Virus record (IMG/VR): IMGVR_UViG_3300020027_000005
Coordinates: 1-64,000 of that record
Source: a virus
DNA length: 64,000 nucleotides
Strand: one strand, 5' to 3'
The position numbers and the translations under genes were made by a program. This document shows positions 57,578 to 64,000 of the stretch, in pieces (position 1 is the first letter of the stretch; every line of letters starts with the position of its first letter). The notes beneath the pieces were generated by a model that made no database searches, had not been told where the DNA came from, and worked only from the letters and a program-made list of their open reading frames with translations.

Positions 57578-57609
57578 GATAGACTTGGGCAGCTTTCGTA
57601 GGATGGACG

Positions 57610-60600
57610 ATGTCGAACTTGAGCCCGGAAATGCAGTTCGAGTCGCTGAAGTCCAGCCTCTCCGGGACCCTGAAGGGAATGTTTCCCATCGAGACGAGGG
57701 GTGGGAATTCCATCGTCCTCGAAGAAGTGGAGTTCAAGGACGAGAAGGGCAGCGGAGACCTTCGGGAGCAGCAGAAAGCTCTCCGTGAGGCCAAGAGCTG
57801 GTCCATTCCGGTCTACGGAACCTTCAGCACGAAGAACAAGAACGGAACGGAGACCGATCGGAAGCGCGTTCTGATGATGCACCTGCCTCGTACGACTGAT
57901 CGTTTCGGGTACATCGTCGATGGGAACGAGTACCAGATCCTCAACCAGTTTCGACTGAAGTCTGGTGTGTACCACCGGATGGCTCCAGACGGAGATGCGC
58001 TCGCAGAGTTCAATCTCGCGAACTCGGACCAGTTCGCAAACGGAAAGAGCTTCAAGCTCAGATTGGTTCCGAAGACTGCGGTCTTCTACGTCGACCACCG
58101 CAATTCGAGTGTCCCGCTCTACCCCCTTCTCAAGTCTGTCGGAGTGACCGACGAAGATCTCGAGAAGGCGTGGGGAAAGGAAATCCTCGAACGGAACCAG
58201 GCGAAGGGAGCAGAAGCTCGGTCGTTCGGAGCCCTCCGTCGGGCTGTGGGTGCAGAGCTCCCCGGCGTAGATGGCTCCGAACTTTTCGGGAAGCTGCTGG
58301 CCAAGACGAAACTCCTTCCGGAGACCACGGAGAAGACTCTCGGAAAGGCCTACGCGTCCGTGACTCCGGAGTTGTTGGCCCAGAGCACGAAGCAACTCCT
58401 GGAACTCTCTCGTGGAGCTCGGGCCGAGGACGATAAGACCTCTCTCGAATACCAGGGGATGTACTCGGCGAACGACCTGCTCTCTGGCCATCTCCAGAGG
58501 AAGGCAGGTCTGATCAAAAGGAAGATTCAGACGAACCTGGAGAAGAAGAAGGGTGTTCGGTTGATCGTGCCGACGGACACGTTTGACCAGGCTCTTCGGT
58601 CCTTCTTCTCCACTTCCCTGGTCTCGCAGCCCGAGCAGACGAATCCTCTCGAGATGCTCTCTGGAGCACTCAAGACGACGATCATGGGGGAGCAGGGAGG
58701 CATCAAATCCAGCTTCGCGATCTCCGAGAATGCGAAGCTCGTGAACCCTTCTCACCTGGGATTTCTGGACCCGATCCACACGCCAGAAGGTGAAAAGACA
58801 GGCGTGTCTCTTGCGCTGCCTCTCGGGGCTGGAAAGCGAGGGAACGAGATCGTCTCCACCTTCTGGAATGCGAAGACCAAGAAGCGGCAGGAGATCTCTG
58901 CTGGAGAGGCACTCCACGCCACCGTGGCTTTCCCGGACCAGTACGTTCAGAAGGGTTCGGGGATGTCTCCGGTCGCTCCGAAGGTGAAGGCGACGAAGGA
59001 CGGGAACATCGTCTACGTCAGCCATCGGGAGGTCGACTACGTCATCCCGAGTCCGCGAGCAGTATTCGGAGTCTCCTCGAACCTGATCCCGTTCTTGCAG
59101 AACAACCAGGGCAACCGAGCGATGACAGCAGCTCGGCAGCAGGAACAAGCAGTTCCTCTTCTCTACCGTGAGGAGCCTCTGGTCCAGGTGAAGACCGACG
59201 GAAAGGCGACCTTCGAGGAGATCCTCGGAGAGAGCTCTGCTCGGAACTCCCCTGTGGATGGGGAGATTCTTCGTGTTGAGAGAGACGCCATCATCATCAA
59301 GGACAGCAAGGGCGAGAAGCACGAGATTCAGTTCTACAAGGACTTCGCGCTCAAAGGGAACACCCTCTACGACTCCGACGTGAAGGTGAAGGCCGGAGAC
59401 AAGGTGAAGAAGGGAGACCTTCTCGCCGACACGACGTTCACGAAGAATGGGAAGCTCGCTCTCGGTACCAATCTTCGAACTGCCTACATGGCGTTCAACG
59501 GGTACAACTTCGAGGATGGCATCGTTATTTCTGAGGACGCTGCCAAAAAGCTCACAAGCCTACATGTCCATCAGAAAGACATCCCGTTCGACACGGACAC
59601 TGTGCTCGACAAGAAGAAGTTCCTCTCGCAGTACCAGTATGGGTTCGGGAAGGAGCAGCTCGAAAATGTGGGCGAGGACGGAGTCATCAAGGTCGGCTCC
59701 CGCGTGAAGGAAGGAGATCCTCTCCTCCTGGCTCTGAGGAAGCCGAACGAGTCGCAGCTCCGCAAGCAGATCATGGCCTTCCGGCGAGGGCGTCCCGACA
59801 AGTTCCGGGACGGCTCACTGGCTTGGGACCACGAGGCTCCCGGCATCGTCACGGACGTGGTGAAGCGGGGAGACCAGGTCGTGGTCTACGTGAAGACCGA
59901 GGAGCCTGCGCAGGTAGGTGACAAGCTTGTAGGGCGGCACGGGAACAAGGGAATCATCACGCGAGTGGTTCCGCAAGCAGAGATGCCCTACTCCACGGAC
60001 GCGAAGGGCGAGAAGCAGCACGTCGATATCCTCATGAACCCCCTTGGGGTCCCCGGGCGTATCAACCTCGGCCAGATCCTGGAGACGGCTGCTGGGAAGA
60101 TCGCCACAAAGACCGGGAAGACCTACGAAGTCAAGAACTTCGAACACGGGAAGGACTACCTCACCGACATCAAGGCAGACCTGAAGAAGAACGGGCTCTC
60201 GGATAAGGAAGCCCTCTTCGATCCGACGACCGGAAAGCACTTCGAACAGGAAGTGATGACCGGGAATCAGTACATCTTGAAGCTGAAGCACATGGCTACG
60301 AAGAAGATCTCCGCCCGCTCGGGCTCGGGCGGTGAGGGATCCTTCTACGACGTGAACCATGCCCCGAGTTCGGGAGCCCCTCACGGTGGACAGGCCATGG
60401 ACCCGCTCGGGCTCTACGCCCTGTTGGCTCACGGAGCTCGCGAGAATATCTCGGAGATGTACACCTACAAGTCGGACAAGAACGACGCCTTCTGGGACGC
60501 TATCCGGGAAGGGGCACCGATTCCGCCCCCGAAGACGCCGTTCGTGTACGACAAGTTTCTCAAGTATATGAACGCGCTTCGCGTGGATGTGAAGAAGGAA

Positions 60601-63600
60601 GGGAACTCTCTTCAGCTGATGCCGTTCACCGAACAGCAGGTTCTGGAGATGAGCTCTGGCGAATTGAAGGAACCCTCCCTCGTGGTTCGAGGAAAGGACC
60701 TGAAGCCTCTGCCCGGAGGTTTGTTCGACGAGAAGCTCACCGGCGGAAAGGAGGGAACCCGGTGGACGCACTTCAAGCTCGCCGAGCCTATGCCGAACCC
60801 GATGTTCGAAGAGGCGATCAAGAAGTTGACTGGACTCTCTGACAACCAGTTCAGGAGCCATATCCGGGGCGATGTCGAGGTCAACGGTAAGAAGGGAGGT
60901 GAGGCGGTCGAAGAGCTTCTCAAGCGCATCAACGTGAAGAAGCTGCGAGAGGACCTCGAGTCGAAGATCGGAAAGGCCAAAGGTGCTGGTCGAGACAAGC
61001 TCCACCAGCAGTTGAGAATCGTGAAAGCCTTGGACGAGGCCAAGCTCTCCCCCACGGTCTACATGATGCGGAGTGTTCCGATCCTGCCTCCGATCTTCCG
61101 ACCGGTTTCGGCGAAGCCGGATGGTTCACTCTCGTCTGACGATCTCAACGGCCTGTACAAGGACATCGGGGCCGTGAATGAGTCGCTGACTCTTCTGAAG
61201 TCGTCCGACATTCCGCAGTCGATCGTGGCGCCCACTCGGATGGAGCTCTACGATGGGCTCCGGGCCATGACCGGACTCGGTGGCTCCCTGACTCGGGAGT
61301 ACCGCGGAATCCTGGATATCATCTCTGGGAAAACACGCAAAGGCGAGTCGGCCGGTGAAGGATCCAGCAAGGGTGGGTTCTTCCAAAAGTCCGTGATGAA
61401 GCGCCGTCAGGACTTCTCGGCTCGATCCATCATTACTCCCGAGCCCCGTATGGGAATCGACGAGATCGGTCTCCCGCAGGAGATCGCCTGGACGATGTAC
61501 CAGCCCTTCATCGAGAAGGAGCTCATTCGTCAGGGCTACAAGCCGCCGGACGCTATCGATGAGGTTCGGAAGCGGACTCTGGTTGCGGAGAAGGCGCTCT
61601 TCAGAGCAGTCGAAGACAGACCCGTTCTTCTGAAGCGTGACCCGGTTCTTCACAAGTTCAACGTGATGGCGTTCAAGCCGAGACTCGTGAAGGGAAAGGC
61701 AATCGAAATCCACCCCCTCGTCACCGGTGGGTTCAACGCCGACTTCGACGGCGACACCATGTCGGTCTTCCTTCCGGTCACCTCTCCAGCAGTGAAGGAG
61801 GCCCAGAACCTCTACCCGTCGAACAACCTCTTCAGCCCGACCACGGGCGCGGTCATGTACACGCCCGGTCACGAGGCCCTGCTCGGTACCTACCTGCTCT
61901 CCCTTCCCGGGAAGAAGACTGGAAAACGCTTCAAGAACACCGAAGACGCCCAGTCTGCTCTTCGGAAGGGAGAGCTCAAAAAGACTGACATCGTTCGAAT
62001 CGGTGGGCACGAGACCACTCTCGGCCGACTGGAGATCGAGGCGAAGCTTCCAGCCTGGCTCCAGGAGACAGGGAAGAAGCCGGTTTCTGAGATGCGGATC
62101 TACGACAACAAGACCACCAAGGGCTTGTTGATGCAGGTCGCGAAGCGGGACCATCTCAAGTACGGGGAGATTGCGAACCACCTGAAGGACATCGGAAACG
62201 AGAACTCGACGAGAACCGGATTCTCGATCGGACTCTCGGACTTCGATGTTGTGAATAAGGTGGGTCGAGACAAGATCATCGCGGCTGCAGAAAAGCAGCA
62301 GGTGAAGATCAACAGCTCGAAGCTCTCTGTGCAGAAGAAGGAGGAGAAGGTCGTCGAGGTTCTGACGAAGGCGAAGGACCAGCTCGAGGACCTCTACAAC
62401 GCAGGCCTCAAGAAGGACCCGACGAACATCTACAAGATGATGATCTCTGGTTCTCGGGTGAGTCCCGGACAGTTGAAGCAGATCGTCTCTTCGCCTGCCC
62501 TGGTCTCGGATTCGAAAAACAGAATGGTGCCATATATTATCCCCAGGTCGTACTCCGAGGGGATGGACATGGCGTCGTACTGGACGACCATGCACGGCGC
62601 TCGGAAAGGCGCACTTCAGAAGACCCAGGAGGTCTCGAAGCCTGGCGCACTCTCGAAGCTCCTCGTGAACTCGACCATCAACCAGCTGGTGACCGAGGAG
62701 GACTGTCGAGCCGGGGACGGGATCACGATGTCGGTCGACAACCACGACGTGGCCGACCGCTACCTGGCTGCACCCGCTCGATTCGGAGGAAAGCGAATTC
62801 GGGCTGGAGAGCTGATCACTCCGGAGCTCCTGGCCCAGGCCCGAAAGGCCCAGGTCAAGACGCTTACGGTTCGAAGCCCTCTTCGGTGCCAGGCAGAGCA
62901 TGGTGTCTGCAGACACTGCATGGGTCTGACGGAGGGAGGGAAGAGCTACGACATCGGAACGAACATCGGGGTCATCGCCGCACAGGCCGTAGGTGAGCCT
63001 AGCACCCAGCTCTCACTGTCGGCATTCCACACTGGAGGAACTGTTGGTTCCCGCGGTTCGCAAGCAGTTTCGACCTTCGGCCGGTTGAGCCAACTCCTCA
63101 CCGTTCCTCGGAACATTCCGAACGAGGGGGCTCTGGCGCTTCATGCAGGGAAGGTCACGAGCATCGAGGATGCTCCGCAGGGCGGCCAGTACGTCTACAT
63201 CAACAAGACCCAGCACTACGCCCCTGCGACACAGAAGCTCCAGATCAAAAAGTTCGACACCGTGAAGGCTGGGGATGAGCTCACCGACGGAGTCACTGAT
63301 CCGAAGAAGCTCCTGGCTCTTCGGGGTGTTCGGGACACGCAGGACTACCTGACGAGGTCGATGATGGAGGTGCTTTCGGAAGTAGCACCGGTGAAGCAGC
63401 GCAATGTGGAAGTCGTCGTTAGGTCGATGACTGATATCGCCACGGTCGAGGATCCGGGCGGGCATCCGGACTGGACCTCTGGAGATGTTCGGCCGGTTTC
63501 CATCATCGCTGCATGGAATGCGAAACATCGAGGCAAGGGGAAGCCGGTCAAGTACTCCACTCTCGTGAAGGGCGTGGACGTTCTTCCGAATGAGATGCAG

Positions 63601-63780
63601 GAGGATTGGATCGCTCGACTCAACTTCCAGAACCTCTCTCGAACTCTGACCCAGGCTTCTCGAGAGGGGTGGCACGCCAACATCCACGGCTTCAATCCCA
63701 TTCCGGCCGCAGCACAAGGTGCAGAGTTCAACAGAGCAGAGCGGAAACTCAAGCCGGGGGAACATAAAGGCCAGTACTGA
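57610..63780 (+). CDS. rpoBC: Fused DNA-directed RNA polymerase beta-beta-prime (single chain, 2056 aa)
   Basis: Beta motifs: HLGFLDPIHTPEG, LIPFL, GYNFEDG, GDKLVGRHGNKG, NPLGVPGRINLGQ, KLKH, GGQ. Beta-prime motifs: LPP.FRP, DFSARS.I, NADFDGD (61735-61755), HGARKG, RSP..C...GVC..C.G, AAQAVGEPSTQ...FHTGG. No internal stop. Confidence 0.97.
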   Translation: MSNLSPEMQFESLKSSLSGTLKGMFPIETRGGNSIVLEEVEFKDEKGSGDLREQQKALREAKSWSIPVYGTFSTKNKNGTETDRKRVLMMHLPRTTDRFGYIVDGNEYQILNQFRLKSGVYHRMAPDGDALAEFNLANSDQFANGKSFKLRLVPKTAVFYVDHRNSSVPLYPLLKSVGVTDEDLEKAWGKEILERNQAKGAEARSFGALRRAVGAELPGVDGSELFGKLLAKTKLLPETTEKTLGKAYASVTPELLAQSTKQLLELSRGARAEDDKTSLEYQGMYSANDLLSGHLQRKAGLIKRKIQTNLEKKKGVRLIVPTDTFDQALRSFFSTSLVSQPEQTNPLEMLSGALKTTIMGEQGGIKSSFAISENAKLVNPSHLGFLDPIHTPEGEKTGVSLALPLGAGKRGNEIVSTFWNAKTKKRQEISAGEALHATVAFPDQYVQKGSGMSPVAPKVKATKDGNIVYVSHREVDYVIPSPRAVFGVSSNLIPFLQNNQGNRAMTAARQQEQAVPLLYREEPLVQVKTDGKATFEEILGESSARNSPVDGEILRVERDAIIIKDSKGEKHEIQFYKDFALKGNTLYDSDVKVKAGDKVKKGDLLADTTFTKNGKLALGTNLRTAYMAFNGYNFEDGIVISEDAAKKLTSLHVHQKDIPFDTDTVLDKKKFLSQYQYGFGKEQLENVGEDGVIKVGSRVKEGDPLLLALRKPNESQLRKQIMAFRRGRPDKFRDGSLAWDHEAPGIVTDVVKRGDQVVVYVKTEEPAQVGDKLVGRHGNKGIITRVVPQAEMPYSTDAKGEKQHVDILMNPLGVPGRINLGQILETAAGKIATKTGKTYEVKNFEHGKDYLTDIKADLKKNGLSDKEALFDPTTGKHFEQEVMTGNQYILKLKHMATKKISARSGSGGEGSFYDVNHAPSSGAPHGGQAMDPLGLYALLAHGARENISEMYTYKSDKNDAFWDAIREGAPIPPPKTPFVYDKFLKYMNALRVDVKKEGNSLQLMPFTEQQVLEMSSGELKEPSLVVRGKDLKPLPGGLFDEKLTGGKEGTRWTHFKLAEPMPNPMFEEAIKKLTGLSDNQFRSHIRGDVEVNGKKGGEAVEELLKRINVKKLREDLESKIGKAKGAGRDKLHQQLRIVKALDEAKLSPTVYMMRSVPILPPIFRPVSAKPDGSLSSDDLNGLYKDIGAVNESLTLLKSSDIPQSIVAPTRMELYDGLRAMTGLGGSLTREYRGILDIISGKTRKGESAGEGSSKGGFFQKSVMKRRQDFSARSIITPEPRMGIDEIGLPQEIAWTMYQPFIEKELIRQGYKPPDAIDEVRKRTLVAEKALFRAVEDRPVLLKRDPVLHKFNVMAFKPRLVKGKAIEIHPLVTGGFNADFDGDTMSVFLPVTSPAVKEAQNLYPSNNLFSPTTGAVMYTPGHEALLGTYLLSLPGKKTGKRFKNTEDAQSALRKGELKKTDIVRIGGHETTLGRLEIEAKLPAWLQETGKKPVSEMRIYDNKTTKGLLMQVAKRDHLKYGEIANHLKDIGNENSTRTGFSIGLSDFDVVNKVGRDKIIAAAEKQQVKINSSKLSVQKKEEKVVEVLTKAKDQLEDLYNAGLKKDPTNIYKMMISGSRVSPGQLKQIVSSPALVSDSKNRMVPYIIPRSYSEGMDMASYWTTMHGARKGALQKTQEVSKPGALSKLLVNSTINQLVTEEDCRAGDGITMSVDNHDVADRYLAAPARFGGKRIRAGELITPELLAQARKAQVKTLTVRSPLRCQAEHGVCRHCMGLTEGGKSYDIGTNIGVIAAQAVGEPSTQLSLSAFHTGGTVGSRGSQAVSTFGRLSQLLTVPRNIPNEGALALHAGKVTSIEDAPQGGQYVYINKTQHYAPATQKLQIKKFDTVKAGDELTDGVTDPKKLLALRGVRDTQDYLTRSMMEVLSEVAPVKQRNVEVVVRSMTDIATVEDPGGHPDWTSGDVRPVSIIAAWNAKHRGKGKPVKYSTLVKGVDVLPNEMQEDWIARLNFQNLSRTLTQASREGWHANIHGFNPIPAAAQGAEFNRAERKLKPGEHKGQY

Positions 63781-63789
63781 GAGGAACCT

Positions 63790-64000
63790 ATGCCCCCTCG
63801 TCCGTCCCTGTTCATCGATCCGAACACGGCTTCCGCAGCTGCAGCCAAGGCCCTCAAACCTACAGATCCGCACGGTGCTGCCTGCATCGAGGTCATCTCG
63901 AGGAGGCCCGTAGCAACGTGGCTCGGGTCGTGGCTCACCGATGTCACGAAGACTGTCGACGACAGGATCGACGCAGCCGGAAGCGCCCTCTGCACTTTCG
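63790..64000 (+). CDS. Probable glycoside hydrolase family 6 (3'-truncated)
   Basis: LFIDPNT.SA...DP..AA.I..I...PVATWLG.W...V...V....AAG resembles the GH6 N-terminus; GAGGA RBS; only 70 aa visible. Confidence 0.55.
   Translation, partial: MPPRPSLFIDPNTASAAAAKALKPTDPHGAACIEVISRRPVATWLGSWLTDVTKTVDDRIDAAGSALCTF

Larger units (their letters stand above)
1..64000. mobile_element. Segment of a large tailed (myovirus-like) bacteriophage genome
   Basis: Dense, overlapping, operon-like ORFs. Baseplate J-like, gp25-like, tail-collar, tape-measure-like and portal-like genes, plus a phage-style replication cluster. No host housekeeping context and no integrase seen. Confidence 0.95.

Noticed and set aside
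57553-62916. Long antisense ORFs opposite the RNAP (651, 396 and 596 aa)
   Set aside because: Shadow frames caused by codon bias; no motifs or RBS. Only the last 61 codons (57367-57552) were kept.
57610-63780. Host chromosomal rpoBC locus
   Set aside because: No flanking rpl or rps genes; embedded among phage genes; heavily reduced and divergent.
1-64000. tRNA, rRNA, introns or inteins
   Set aside because: Intergenic gaps are short with no cloverleaf seen, and the polymerase, RecA, helicase and RNAP show no intein-sized insertions.

Overview
The window is an internal 64-kb segment of a large, GC-rich (about 60% by eye), standard-code tailed phage genome, probably a jumbo myovirus. It has three blocks. 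(1) 1-36.5 kb, + strand: a tail, baseplate and fibre morphogenesis operon. Embedded in it are a SNF2 helicase, a membrane zinc metalloprotease, several glycine-zipper or Pro-rich membrane proteins sharing an F-F-x-E-L-x-K-[IST]-A motif, and a sigma70-family factor. (2) 36.6-53.5 kb, - strand: a replication, recombination and repair operon (RusA, UvsY-like protein, Cas4-like nuclease, second resolvase-like nuclease, RecA, family A DNA polymerase, gp32-like SSB, primase, vWA protein, DnaB-like helicase, UDG, SF2 helicase). (3) 53.6-64 kb, + strand: head-associated genes including a probable portal, then a 2056-aa single-chain fusion of streamlined bacterial-type RNA polymerase beta and beta-prime subunits, then the start of a GH6-like glycoside hydrolase. 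The main highlights are a candidate self-contained transcription system (fused RNAP, phage sigma, recurring GCATAAG motif), a candidate protein sorting or processing motif family, an in-frame TAA inside a tail fibre gene, and a 19-bp-period repeat upstream of the SSB gene. All calls come from reading motifs by eye; no database search was run.
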